Shown: positions 1 to 14,343 of the stretch, piece by piece | Layout: the number at the start of each line of letters is the position of its first letter | Position numbering within the stretch: the stretch's first letter is position 1 | Assembly (NCBI GenBank): GCA_036725105.1 | Contig: DAIMET010000004.1 | Coordinates: 7,719 to 71,718 of the forward strand | Length of the DNA: 64,000 nucleotides | Direction: 5' to 3' | DNA from: Calditrichota bacterium | GTDB taxonomy: Bacteria > Caldisericota > Caldisericia > UBA6126 | Program-made: the position numbers and the translations under genes | The notes under the pieces: model-generated | Database searches by the model: none | Seen by the model: the letters and a program-made list of their open reading frames with translations, nothing else | What the model was told of the DNA's origin: nothing

Positions 1-944
1 GTGGAGAAGAAACTGCACTCATAGCCTCATTAGAAGGGCAACGAGGTATGCCCAGATTGAAACCACCATTTCCTGCTCAAAAAGGCTACTGGGGAAAGCC
101 AACAAATATCAATAATGTAGAAACATTTGCAAATATTCCTTGGATTTTACTTTCCGGTGGAAGTGCCTTTGCAGCTTTGGGTACTGAAAAAAGCAAAGGA
201 ACCAAAGTGTTTGCTCTTGCTGGAAAAATACAGCGAGGTGGATTAATTGAAATCCCCATGGGACTCACATTGCGTGAAGTAATTTATGATATTGGTGGTG
301 GCATTCAAGACAATAAAGCATTCAAAGCAGTCCAGATGGGAGGTCCTTCGGGAGGGTGTATTCCTGCCTCTCTTCTAGACACTCCTATTGATTATGAATC
401 AATTACTGCTACTGGAGCCATTATGGGTTCTGGTGGAATGATTGTCATGGATGAAACTACTTGTATGGTAGATATGGCTAGATTCTTTTTAGATTTTACC
501 TGCAAAGAATCTTGTGGAAAATGCGTTCAGTGCCGAGTAGGCACCAAACGAATGCTTGAGATTTTAGAAAGAATCACCAATGGAGAAGGTAAAGATGGTG
601 ATATTGAATTACTAGAAGATCTTTGTCAAAAAGTGAAAGATGGTTCTCTATGTGCTTTAGGTGGAACAGCCCCTAACCCTGTGTTGACAACCCTACAGTA
701 TTTCCGTGACGAATACGAAGCTCATATTTATGAACATCGGTGTCCTGCACATAATTGTAAGAAATTGTTAACCTACACCATCAAAGAAGATCTATGTGTT
801 GGATGTGGAGCGTGTGCAAAAAAATGTCCATCCGATGCAATCAGTGGTGAACCTAAAAAAGTGCACTCTATTCATCAAGAACTTTGTATTAAATGTGGTA
901 CTTGCAAAACTGTCTGTACCTTTAATGCAATTGAAGCTCTGTAA
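1..944 (+). CDS. NuoF/HydB-like NADH-binding flavoprotein subunit with C-terminal 2x[4Fe-4S] domain (5' partial)
   Basis: Frame open from position 3: [15 protein letters not shown] motif, [19 protein letters not shown] and SLCALG N3 cluster motif; C-terminal CVGCGAC..CP and CIKCGTC..C ferredoxin motifs. Confidence 0.93.
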   Translation, partial: GEETALIASLEGQRGMPRLKPPFPAQKGYWGKPTNINNVETFANIPWILLSGGSAFAALGTEKSKGTKVFALAGKIQRGGLIEIPMGLTLREVIYDIGGGIQDNKAFKAVQMGGPSGGCIPASLLDTPIDYESITATGAIMGSGGMIVMDETTCMVDMARFFLDFTCKESCGKCVQCRVGTKRMLEILERITNGEGKDGDIELLEDLCQKVKDGSLCALGGTAPNPVLTTLQYFRDEYEAHIYEHRCPAHNCKKLLTYTIKEDLCVGCGACAKKCPSDAISGEPKKVHSIHQELCIKCGTCKTVCTFNAIEAL

Positions 945-960
945 ATAGAAAGGTGAGAAC

Positions 961-3900
961 ATGTCAATTATTAAATTAAACATAGACGGCATAGAAGTTG
1001 AAGGGCAAAAGGGACAAACTATTCTTGAGGTTGCAAGGCAGAATGGAATCAATATTCCAACGCTTTGTTACGATAGCAGAATTCAACCCTATGGAGGTTG
1101 TGGTCTTTGTGTGGTAGAGATCGAAGGTAGTCCAAAATTATTTCGCGCATGTGCAACAGAAATTGCTGATAATATGGTTATCTACACAAATACTTCTCGC
1201 ATTCGTTCCTCTCGCAAGACAACACTTGAACTGTTGTTAACTGATCATACAGGAGATTGCAGACCACCTTGTGTTCTTGCTTGTCCTGCTCAAACCGATT
1301 GCCAAGGATATGTAGGACTTATTGCAAATGGTGAATTTAAAGAAGCCTTAAAGCTGATTAAAGAACAATTACCTCTCCCTGCTTCAATAGGACGTGTTTG
1401 TCCTCATCCATGTGAAGAAGAATGCCGGCGACAATTAAAAGATGAACCGATATCCATCGCATGGTTGAAACGATTTGTTGCAGACATAGATTTGGATGAT
1501 CCATACATACCCCCAATGCAACCAGAAACATTTAAAAAAGTTGCAATAGTTGGAGGAGGACCAGGTGGATTATCCGCTGCATATTTTCTCTTATTGAAAG
1601 GACACCAAGTAACGATTTATGATATGATGCCTGAGATGGGCGGTATGTTAAAGTATGGAATTCCTGAATACCGACTTCCTAAAATGATTGTCGATCAAGA
1701 AGTTGCCATTATCAAGAAAATGGGAGCTTGTTTACAGAATAATAAAAAGCTCGGAAGAGATTTCTCTTTGCAAAGCCTTCAAGAAGAATACGATGCCATA
1801 TATCTTTCCATTGGATGTTGGAATAGTATTGATCTGGGTATTCCCGGCGAAAATCTCAATCGTGTATATGGGGGAATTCATTTCCTGGCGAATGTAATTC
1901 AAAACAAACCTGTTCCTATTGGTAAACGCGTTGCAGTAATAGGAGGCGGTAATACTGCCATGGATGCTTGTAGAACCGCGAAGCGTTTGGGAGCTGAAGA
2001 AGTTTATGTATTGTACCGTAGAACTCGTGCAGAAATGCCAGCAGAAGAGATTGAAATTGTAGAATGCGAAGAAGAAGGCATCCAATTCCGATTTCTTGTC
2101 AGTCCATTAGAAGTAGCGGGATCAAGTGGAAATGTGGAATCCATCCGACTTCAAAAAATGGAATTAGGAAAGCCAGATAGCAGTGGCCGACGTAGACCTG
2201 TCCCTATTGAAGGAGAAGAAGAAACGCTAGAGATTGATTCTTTAATAGTTGCGATCGGTCAATATGTGAATATTGAGGGATTGGATGGGATTGAACTTAC
2301 AAAAAGAAGTACCATTGCTTCAGATGAAAACACTTTTTCCACCAACATCCCAGGAATATTTGCAGGTGGAGATGCTATCAATGACAATCAAAAAATCGCG
2401 ATCCAAGCAATAGCTGATGGGAAAATTGCTTCCCAAGTAATTCACGGATATTTACTAGGAGTAGATGTTGCCTATACAAAACCCTATCTTGTTACCCGTG
2501 ATGATGTACATGAAGATGAATTTTCTCATCGACCCAAAGAATATCGGCCTCCAATGGATTTGCTTCGTCCTGAAGACCGGGAAGATAATTTTCTTGAAAT
2601 CGTAAAAGGATATACAACTGAAGAGGCAATCAAAGATGCAAAAAGATGTCTGGAATGCGGTTGCCCCGATTATTTTGAGTGCCAACTCATTCAATATTCT
2701 AAAGACTATCAAGTGAATCCCGATGATTTCATGGGTGAAAAGCATCATAGGGATTTATTGGACACACATCCCTTTATCTCTCGAAATCCCGACAAATGCA
2801 TTTTGTGCAGCCTATGTGTCCGTATTTGCAATGACGTGATGGGCATTACAGCCTTAGGTTTAGTAGATAGAGGATTTGATACAACAGTCCAACCCGATAT
2901 GAGTCGTCCCCTGGAAGATACAGATTGTATTTCCTGTGGACAGTGTATTTCAGTATGCCCTACGGGCGCATTGCAGGAAAAGTTGTTGATTACAAAACCC
3001 TGTCCAATGAAGACCACAAAGACAGAACAAATCTGTTCACATTGTAGTATTGGTTGTAACACTATTGTAGAAACTAGAGGCAATATGGCTCTGCGGGTTT
3101 TACCCGATACGGAAAGTTCTGTTGACAATGGATTGCTTTGTGTGAGGGGCCGTTTTGGATACAATATTCACCGTGATGAAATGAGGCTTACAGCTCCTTT
3201 GGTACGATTTCAGGATGAGTTAAAAGAAGTATCTTGGGATGAAGCTATTTTCTATGCAGCAAAGAAGTTAGAGAGCATACGATTCCGTTATGGTTCTGAT
3301 CGAATTGCAATGTCAATATCCGACCAGTGGTCACTGGAGGATATGTATGTCGCTCAGAAACTGGGTCAAACTGTTCTTGGAACCCCATGGATTACCAATT
3401 TCAACACGAACAAAAGTTCTCTTGATTCGGTTTTTGGTTTTGATGGATCTCTTAATACACTGAATGAGGTTCCCAATACCAATTGTATATTGCTTATTGG
3501 TTCCTACACATATCGCGACCACACCATAGCAGCACTGAAAATCAAAAATGCCGTAGAAAAGGGTGCTACTTTAATCACGATAAATCCTTGCGCCACAAAA
3601 ATGGATGAATACGCCATGATGAAGGTAAATCCTACAAACTCAATCACTTTTCTTAAAGAAATTGCTGCAGCAATGGTTAATATGGGATGCGAACCAAAAA
3701 ATGTGCAAGGCTGGGATGATGTTTTGCCTGAATTAAAATCAATTGAACCAGGCAAAGAAGCAATAGAGATTGCCCAAATTTATGTAAAAGCGAAAAAAGC
3801 AATGATTGTATTTGATCAAAATCAACTGAGCCGTGAAGGAATACAATGGACTGCTTATTTAGCATTGATTTCTGGTCATATTGGTAAACCACGAGATGGT

Positions 3901-4530
3901 ATCATTCAATTAAAGCCACAAAACAATAGCCAGTCTTTGCCTATTCTAGGAATAAATGAGGACTACCAAACCATTTTGCAAAAACTGCAGGATGACATGA
4001 TCCATGCTTTGGTTGTATTAGGCGAAAATCCGATGAAAACTACCGTAATGTCGAAACCAAAACTACTTATAGTTATGGATACACATCTCACTGAAACTGC
4101 CTTACGCGCTGATGTTGTGTTGCCTAGCTGTGCCCCTATGGAGATCTGCGGAACGTATATCAGCACCGACCGCATTATACAATCGTTCCCATCCGTTTTA
4201 CCAAAGGGAATACCCTATGACAATTGGATCATATTACAACAGCTATCTGTTGTTCTTAAGGGCCCTATAAGATTTCATTGCTTAGAAGAAATCGCAGAAG
4301 AAATTAGTGAAAAAATCCTAGGATATCAAAATACACTAACGGTGGGTTCTGATGACTGTTCTTCACAAAACACTCCCGTACTATGCACCCATCAATATAA
4401 TTTTGAGGACGGCATGGCAAGAATGTCTTCAGTGAAGGATGCTCTATTGTTTATACAAAAGGATTCTACTATTTACTCCACGCAAAAAATGAATGAGTTT
4501 TTAGTTGAACACGGACTTGTTCGATACTAG
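961..4530 (+). CDS. Multidomain oxidoreductase: [2Fe-2S] + GltD/NfnB-like FAD/NADPH module + NuoG/HydA-type Fe-S domains + degenerate molybdopterin-oxidoreductase domain (BfuA/NfnA-like)
   Basis: CYDSR..GGCGLCVVE; PCVLACP..GRVCPHPCEEEC; two GxGxxG motifs plus YRR; CILCSLCVRIC and CISCGQCISVCP; CSHCSIGC..LCVRGRFG; no Cys at the Fdh Mo-ligand position. Confidence 0.88.
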   Translation: MSIIKLNIDGIEVEGQKGQTILEVARQNGINIPTLCYDSRIQPYGGCGLCVVEIEGSPKLFRACATEIADNMVIYTNTSRIRSSRKTTLELLLTDHTGDCRPPCVLACPAQTDCQGYVGLIANGEFKEALKLIKEQLPLPASIGRVCPHPCEEECRRQLKDEPISIAWLKRFVADIDLDDPYIPPMQPETFKKVAIVGGGPGGLSAAYFLLLKGHQVTIYDMMPEMGGMLKYGIPEYRLPKMIVDQEVAIIKKMGACLQNNKKLGRDFSLQSLQEEYDAIYLSIGCWNSIDLGIPGENLNRVYGGIHFLANVIQNKPVPIGKRVAVIGGGNTAMDACRTAKRLGAEEVYVLYRRTRAEMPAEEIEIVECEEEGIQFRFLVSPLEVAGSSGNVESIRLQKMELGKPDSSGRRRPVPIEGEEETLEIDSLIVAIGQYVNIEGLDGIELTKRSTIASDENTFSTNIPGIFAGGDAINDNQKIAIQAIADGKIASQVIHGYLLGVDVAYTKPYLVTRDDVHEDEFSHRPKEYRPPMDLLRPEDREDNFLEIVKGYTTEEAIKDAKRCLECGCPDYFECQLIQYSKDYQVNPDDFMGEKHHRDLLDTHPFISRNPDKCILCSLCVRICNDVMGITALGLVDRGFDTTVQPDMSRPLEDTDCISCGQCISVCPTGALQEKLLITKPCPMKTTKTEQICSHCSIGCNTIVETRGNMALRVLPDTESSVDNGLLCVRGRFGYNIHRDEMRLTAPLVRFQDELKEVSWDEAIFYAAKKLESIRFRYGSDRIAMSISDQWSLEDMYVAQKLGQTVLGTPWITNFNTNKSSLDSVFGFDGSLNTLNEVPNTNCILLIGSYTYRDHTIAALKIKNAVEKGATLITINPCATKMDEYAMMKVNPTNSITFLKEIAAAMVNMGCEPKNVQGWDDVLPELKSIEPGKEAIEIAQIYVKAKKAMIVFDQNQLSREGIQWTAYLALISGHIGKPRDGIIQLKPQNNSQSLPILGINEDYQTILQKLQDDMIHALVVLGENPMKTTVMSKPKLLIVMDTHLTETALRADVVLPSCAPMEICGTYISTDRIIQSFPSVLPKGIPYDNWIILQQLSVVLKGPIRFHCLEEIAEEISEKILGYQNTLTVGSDDCSSQNTPVLCTHQYNFEDGMARMSSVKDALLFIQKDSTIYSTQKMNEFLVEHGLVRY

Positions 4531-4545
4531 AGCTGAGAGAAGCGG

Positions 4546-5028
4546 ATGAATCTCTCTACCATCTTTCTCATCATTGTAATTGTCTTGGTAGGATTTTTCC
4601 TACTAGGGGTATTTCTGCCTATTGTATTAAATCGATGGAACGTTATGCATCGTCCCATTCCTGGATATATTGAAGATGCTAGAGATTACATCTACAAGAT
4701 TTGCATTTTTCTGTCCATTCTTTTTTTTGTGAGTGCCTACGTGCTTTTGTTTGTTGCTGCTTATATGCAACATTCTGCGGGGAAGAGTTTCTTAAACACA
4801 CTGTCTCTTTTGTTTTTTGGACTTTTCTTTTCGTGCTTAGAGGGAATTGTGTTTTATCTAGGGTACACGTTTTCAAAAAAGAAGTTCCCGTATCCTTCGG
4901 ATATCCCAGCGGAGAGAGCTCTCCCCCGTGTTTCTGCTTTTGTTTTTGTTCTGTTCTACTTAGGAGCCATGACGTTGTTCTCTTATCCAATCGTTATGTT
5001 TGCTCAATGGGTTAGTTTCCTGATATAA
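4546..5028 (+). CDS. Hypothetical membrane protein (about 4 TM)
   Basis: 160-aa ORF with four hydrophobic segments, 15 nt after the previous stop. Confidence 0.7.
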   Translation: MNLSTIFLIIVIVLVGFFLLGVFLPIVLNRWNVMHRPIPGYIEDARDYIYKICIFLSILFFVSAYVLLFVAAYMQHSAGKSFLNTLSLLFFGLFFSCLEGIVFYLGYTFSKKKFPYPSDIPAERALPRVSAFVFVLFYLGAMTLFSYPIVMFAQWVSFLI

Positions 5029-5031
5029 AAT

Positions 5032-5069
5032 TTTTGTTGGAGAGAGAAAAAAAACTCTCTCCAACAAAA
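5032..5069. terminator. Intrinsic terminator-like hairpin (possibly bidirectional)
   Basis: Perfect 15-bp stem TTTTGTTGGAGAGAG / CTCTCTCCAACAAAA with an 8-nt A loop, right after the CDS stop. Confidence 0.75.
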
Positions 5070-5132
5070 TCTCACTAATTCAAGCTTTTCCACCCCCCTT
5101 CATTTTTTTTTCCATTTTTTTTCATTTCATTC

Positions 5133-5160
5133 TTGACAACCCGTTCCATTTTCCCATAAT
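5133..5160 (+). promoter_or_regulatory. Sigma70-type rRNA promoter
   Basis: TTGACA (5133-5138), 16-bp spacer, CATAAT (5155-5160), with upstream T-tracts resembling a UP element. Confidence 0.8.
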
Positions 5161-5177
5161 TAATCCTTGCTGTCTGA

Positions 5178-5188
5178 ACCTTGAAAAC
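5178..5188 (+). promoter_or_regulatory. BoxA-like antitermination element (leader)
   Basis: ACCTTGAAAAC, repeated exactly in the 16S-23S spacer at 7036-7046. Confidence 0.6.
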
Positions 5189-5381
5189 TGAAGAATGAGG
5201 AATGGATCTCACAGTTCTGCAAACGCAGAATTGTAAGAACCTACGATAACCCTTAAGAAATGTGAAAAGCGGAACCCAAGTTTGAACAATCCATCCACCA
5301 GATTCCTTGTGAATCTCGGCGTGGATTACAAATATCAATTGAACAAGTACTGTTCCTTCTTGCAAAAGAAGCAACATGTTT

Positions 5382-6937
<1,556 letters not shown>

Positions 6938-7035
6938 AAGGAGCTTTTTTCCCGCCTTTTCCACTTCCCAGGCCCGTAGGCCATGTCCATTCCTCCTTCA
7001 GTACAGCAGCACTGCCACACCCGTGTGTGAGCTGC

Positions 7036-7046
7036 ACCTTGAAAAC
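7036..7046 (+). promoter_or_regulatory. BoxA-like element in the 16S-23S spacer (spacer has no tRNA)
   Basis: ACCTTGAAAAC identical to the leader copy; no cloverleaf seen in the ~170-nt spacer. Confidence 0.6.
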
Positions 7047-7107
7047 CAACCAATGTATGATTGATCGAATCTCTAAGCAACGAAGTTTCACGCACGAGTA
7101 TGTGCGA

Positions 7108-10082
<2,975 letters not shown>

Positions 10083-10169
10083 TCGCACTACTCTCGGAAA
10101 CTTCTTTGCTTAGACATTTGATCAACTACATTGGATGGTAAAAAACCTTCTAAAATTTTACGAAATTTT

Positions 10170-10287
<118 letters not shown>

Positions 10288-10448
10288 TTTTTTTATTGGT
10301 GCAGTGTAGACCATACAATCTCTTCTTTCCAATTCTTGCAATCTCAAGCCTCTTTCTTGGTTATTCAATTTTTTTTCAAACTCTTCTTTTATTACCTCCT
10401 CATCACATCCATTTATTCTATTGGAATCTATTCAAATCAGGAGGAATC

Positions 10449-10988
10449 ATGAAAAAGAATCATGATCGAAAAGAAGCGTTTACATTAGTAGAGTTGTTAA
10501 TCACCATTGGGATCATTGTTATTATTGCTGGTGTTGCAGTACCTCAAATTGCAGGGTATTTGAACAGAAGCAAATCCGCTAGAGCAAAGATGGATTTATC
10601 AACTATTTCGACAGCGATTAAATGTTTTTATACAGATTGGGGTCGTTATCCTGCTTCATTGGAAGATCTGTTAGGAACTGACACATCTCTAGATGCCGTA
10701 AACACATCTGATAATTATACCGTAGCAGGATTACCCGGTGGAATAAACTATCTTGGTGTTACAATCCCTGCTGATATTTTTAATCAAGCCAGCTCAGAGA
10801 ATACTTATAAGTACCTTCTATTTACCGGTGACCAAGACTATATCTTGTGGTCGATCGGCCCCAACAAAGAATCAGAAATTACAGAGCAGACAGCAGCATT
10901 ATCAGATGATGCTGTTACGATTACTACAACAGAAGAATTCGACGATATCTATGATTCCAACTGTTCTGTATCCGTTGCAATTTCATAG
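10449..10988 (+). CDS. Type IV pilin / GspG-ComGC-like major pseudopilin
   Basis: ATG 10449 after GAGG; KEA|FTLVELLITIGIIVIIAGVAVP N-methylation motif; SKSARAKMDLSTISTAIKCFYTDWGRYP is GspG-like. Confidence 0.9.
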   Translation: MKKNHDRKEAFTLVELLITIGIIVIIAGVAVPQIAGYLNRSKSARAKMDLSTISTAIKCFYTDWGRYPASLEDLLGTDTSLDAVNTSDNYTVAGLPGGINYLGVTIPADIFNQASSENTYKYLLFTGDQDYILWSIGPNKESEITEQTAALSDDAVTITTTEEFDDIYDSNCSVSVAIS

Positions 10989-11017
10989 CAATCTTTTTAC
11001 CGTAGCATATTGAGAAA

Positions 11018-11500
11018 ATGAACCTCCTTTTCATTTCTAGGAAACCAGGGTTTACTTATTTTGAAACCCTGGTTTCCGTATTCTGTATTCTGATTTTTGT
11101 AACTGGATTTCAAAAATGGATGCTATATTCTGTTTCCCAAAAAACAACTATTCATATTCAACAAAAACTAACTGAAACATCTCACTGTATCACGACGTTG
11201 CTTCAAAATTCCAATACCAGTTGGATTCAGGACGAAACTTTCAATCCTACACCCCTTCATTATCGATTCTTAACGCAGGATGCAATGAGTACAATACCCA
11301 TACCATTGATGAGTGCAAATTCTTTCTTGAAAATTTCTTTACCCACCGATATCACCCAATTGCCCTACAGTCTTATCATATCGAAATCTACTGCAGAATA
11401 CTATCAAACTGAGTACACCCTTTATCATGTAATCGTTTTTGATACTACAAACACACAACATTCCGCCATTTCTACGTTTATCAAGAAAACTGCCACATGA
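11018..11500 (+). CDS. Minor pilin (prepilin-type cleavage motif)
   Basis: KPG|FTYFETLVSVFCILIFV. Confidence 0.75.
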   Translation: MNLLFISRKPGFTYFETLVSVFCILIFVTGFQKWMLYSVSQKTTIHIQQKLTETSHCITTLLQNSNTSWIQDETFNPTPLHYRFLTQDAMSTIPIPLMSANSFLKISLPTDITQLPYSLIISKSTAEYYQTEYTLYHVIVFDTTNTQHSAISTFIKKTAT

Positions 11501-11979
11501 AGTTATTATCAAAGCAGTTAACTTGTTTCAGTACTATTGAAACATTAGTAAGTGTTGCGATATGCAGTATGATTCTTTTTCCTATTGGAGTATGGATTCA
11601 ACATTCTTCTCATCTCTACTACCAACAAACAAAAGAAAACTCTGTCCGTCTAGACGTTTTATTCTTACTCGAAGATATCGAAACCCATTGGATGCAGTTT
11701 TATTATGAGCCAGATGCAATCAGACCCAAAGAGGGAATCACAGAACAGGCTTTGTTCTTTAAAACCACAGATCAAAGGCTTGTACGTTACTATTCAAAGG
11801 GAAATGAAGTTGGTAGAGATATCAATTACAGTACATTTCAGAATCTGACACAAAAGGTTGTGAAGAGATTCAAAGTGACCAGGTGTTATGATGGTCAATA
11901 TGGGCAAATCCAGATTTGTATTGAAGATATTCTTGGAAGAAAGTACAACAAGCTATTATGCTTTCAACTACCTTCTTGA
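11497..11979 (+). CDS. Minor pilin (GspJ/ComGF-like)
   Basis: LTC|FSTIETLVSVAICSMIL; ATGA overlap with the previous gene. Confidence 0.7.
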   Translation: MKLLSKQLTCFSTIETLVSVAICSMILFPIGVWIQHSSHLYYQQTKENSVRLDVLFLLEDIETHWMQFYYEPDAIRPKEGITEQALFFKTTDQRLVRYYSKGNEVGRDINYSTFQNLTQKVVKRFKVTRCYDGQYGQIQICIEDILGRKYNKLLCFQLPS

Positions 11980-12551
11980 TGACAATGAATTCATTATCTA
12001 CGAATCAGAAAAACTTAAAAAATGCTTTTATTCTCCCAATTTCATTTTTTATCATTACATTGCTTTTAGTTGTAGCCATTTACTTTATGCATCAAACCAT
12101 TCGAAATCAGCATATGCTCCATGCTACTGTAAATCAAGTGAAATTGGATCAGGGAAAAGAGATTGGTGAAAAAGTTTTATTGGATCTGTATGCAAACCAG
12201 GGTCGCGAAATATTGAAAAACAGGATATCGCAGGAACCAAAGATTTATGTAAGAAGTAATCCTATTTACCCCGAAGATATGGCAATCGTTTTCTCTTTTA
12301 TAGATGAGACGTCTACAAAGTGTATTGTGCAAATGTCTATTTTCCTCTTAAAATCGGAAGAAAAAGGAATTCTTACACATCCTCTATTGCGAGTTCCTTT
12401 ATATGTGAATGCCTACCGAAAATGCTATGTTTTATCTCATCAATACATCTCTTCCTACTTTTTAACCATGAAGTATACTATTTCAACAGAAGAAGAGACC
12501 GACGGAAATATTCTTAACAAAGAAATTGTGAAGATTTACTACAATGGGTAA
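11958..12551 (+). CDS. Minor pilin-like protein (PilX/ComGG-like)
   Basis: KNA|FILP followed by a hydrophobic helix without E5; position in the pilin cluster. Confidence 0.55.
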   Translation: MLSTTFLMTMNSLSTNQKNLKNAFILPISFFIITLLLVVAIYFMHQTIRNQHMLHATVNQVKLDQGKEIGEKVLLDLYANQGREILKNRISQEPKIYVRSNPIYPEDMAIVFSFIDETSTKCIVQMSIFLLKSEEKGILTHPLLRVPLYVNAYRKCYVLSHQYISSYFLTMKYTISTEEETDGNILNKEIVKIYYNG

Positions 12552-13140
12552 GATTTTATTGTTAGCAATTCTTCTACTTTTCTCAGTTGAAGATATACGA
12601 TTCAAGAGTATTTCAGAGAAATGGTTTTGGGGATTAACAGGATTTGTTATTCTTTCGCTTCTTGTGCCACCTTTACAGATACATCTAGACCAGCATTTAG
12701 TAGTACCTTTGGATCTGAAGAACTTCTTAATCATGCATACGGGTGCTAGTTTTTTTGAAGAGTTTGTGAAAAGTCTTTTAGATGGTTTTTTTTCTTTTCG
12801 CTACTTTCACAGTTTATCTGGTACACCCTGGTTTACTAACATAGTGAACCTTATATCTAGAGCAGGAGTTGGATTCCTGCTATTATACATCCCCTATTTG
12901 ATCACAAGAAAAAAAAGTCTAGGAGAGGGTGATATTTTTTATTTCACACTCATTTCATGTTTGTTTCCAATATCCATCATATGGTTATCGTATTTTTTAG
13001 CTTTTTTTTCAGGTTGTTTCTTGTTTCTCTTTCTTATCATCTTGATTCCTGAAAAAAAACGAAAGAATCTTTGTTCCTACAAGATTCCCTTTATTCCTTT
13101 TCTTTCCCTCGGTTTTGTGATTGGTCTGTTTTTTCAATGA
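12544..13140 (+). CDS. A24 prepilin peptidase (no N-terminal Zn/methylase domain)
   Basis: SVEDIR and LGEGDI catalytic Asp motifs; C-terminal IPFIPFLSLG. Confidence 0.85.
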   Translation: MGKILLLAILLLFSVEDIRFKSISEKWFWGLTGFVILSLLVPPLQIHLDQHLVVPLDLKNFLIMHTGASFFEEFVKSLLDGFFSFRYFHSLSGTPWFTNIVNLISRAGVGFLLLYIPYLITRKKSLGEGDIFYFTLISCLFPISIIWLSYFLAFFSGCFLFLFLIILIPEKKRKNLCSYKIPFIPFLSLGFVIGLFFQ

Positions 13141-13712
13141 AAATCCAAAAAAATCGTCGGTTTCGTGCACACATCCTTTTTGAAATCTTTTTTTGGATGG
13201 CAATGATCATAATTTTAAGCGGTTCTTTTGTTTCACTTTCAAATGAAGTATTACAGCAAAGACAATTAGATTCTTCCATTTGTACCCTCGTAGAAGATCT
13301 TCAGTTGCTTCGAATGAAATCAATAGCTACCCACCAGGACTTACGCATCATGTTTTATCCAACAAAAAACACATATGTATTTGAAACTGAAGAAAATGGT
13401 CTAAATATACCAGGAAAATTTGTACAGAGAGTTTTTCCGAAAAATATCGGCTACCCATATTACTTTGGAGTTTACACTCCTTCTTACGTTGATGAATGGG
13501 GAAATATCTGCTCTGGATCTGTAGAATTTGGTTATAGTGGGTCTCCGTTGCTTCCACGTAAGTTAACCTTTAAACATACGGGAACTCCTTCGTGTGGAGG
13601 TCACATTATTCTCACATCCTATCCGGATTTTCGAAGTAGTGTTGTCATTGTAAAGGTCGCAACGGGCAGAATTAGAGTAGGACGTGTTACTTTTGCCCCA
13701 ATGGAACCATGA
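13137..13712 (+). CDS. Minor pseudopilin (GspH/FimT/ComGD-like)
   Basis: ATG 13137 (ATGA overlap); FRA|HILFEIFFWMAMIIILS; C-terminal VKVATGRIR typical of FimT/GspH. Confidence 0.7.
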   Translation: MKIQKNRRFRAHILFEIFFWMAMIIILSGSFVSLSNEVLQQRQLDSSICTLVEDLQLLRMKSIATHQDLRIMFYPTKNTYVFETEENGLNIPGKFVQRVFPKNIGYPYYFGVYTPSYVDEWGNICSGSVEFGYSGSPLLPRKLTFKHTGTPSCGGHIILTSYPDFRSSVVIVKVATGRIRVGRVTFAPMEP

Positions 13713-13830
13713 CAAAATCGAAAATTCGGAAATTCTTTACCAATTCGTCATTATTTCTCGGAAAAAATCCATATAATTAGTAATACTCATATATCTTTTT
13801 TATAAGGCGACCTTTTTAATGGAGGTTTAT

Positions 13831-14343
13831 ATGACAAAAAGCGGTAAAGTACTTTTTGCGACTATTGTATGCATTGTTTTAGCTGGTTTTGTGTTTTCTT
13901 CTCCGATGTTGCAACTTTTCTACCAAGATGCTGAACCCTTCAAGTTTTTTGGCTATGAATTTGCAGCTGAATTCGATCCCATTAAGATCGCTTCTGTGAA
14001 AGATATTCCGGACGGAACAGGGCATTCCTTTAGCGTAAAACTTGATCTCCCCTTTGCTGGTCCTCAATATGTCCGCCAAGATATTTATGGGATCATAACA
14101 CATATTGACGGCGATTTCCATGCATATAGTGCAGTATGTCCACACCTTGGATGTATTGTAAGATGGGATGAAGACCAAAACCCTGAACAAAGAATATGGT
14201 GTAATTGTCACAGTGGAGCTTTTAATCCATCCACTGGCGATGTAACAGCAGGACCTCCACCAAGAGGATTGCCAGTGTACACGATTTATGTTGAAGGAGA
14301 TGATATTTACCTAGAAAGCATCAAAGAAGAAGGTGCACAATGA
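13831..14343 (+). CDS. Membrane-anchored Rieske [2Fe-2S] protein
   Basis: GGAGGT RBS then ATG 13831; N-terminal TM; CPHLGC and CNCHSGAF boxes; GPPPRGL. Confidence 0.93.
   Translation: MTKSGKVLFATIVCIVLAGFVFSSPMLQLFYQDAEPFKFFGYEFAAEFDPIKIASVKDIPDGTGHSFSVKLDLPFAGPQYVRQDIYGIITHIDGDFHAYSAVCPHLGCIVRWDEDQNPEQRIWCNCHSGAFNPSTGDVTAGPPPRGLPVYTIYVEGDDIYLESIKEEGAQ

Noticed and set aside
961-4530. Annotation as formate dehydrogenase alpha subunit or glutamate synthase
   Set aside because: The Mo-ligand Cys/Sec-His motif is absent and no gltB is adjacent
10288-10330. TGGTGCAGTGTAGACCA after the 5S gene looked like a tRNA 5' end
   Set aside because: No T-arm or acceptor stem can be formed
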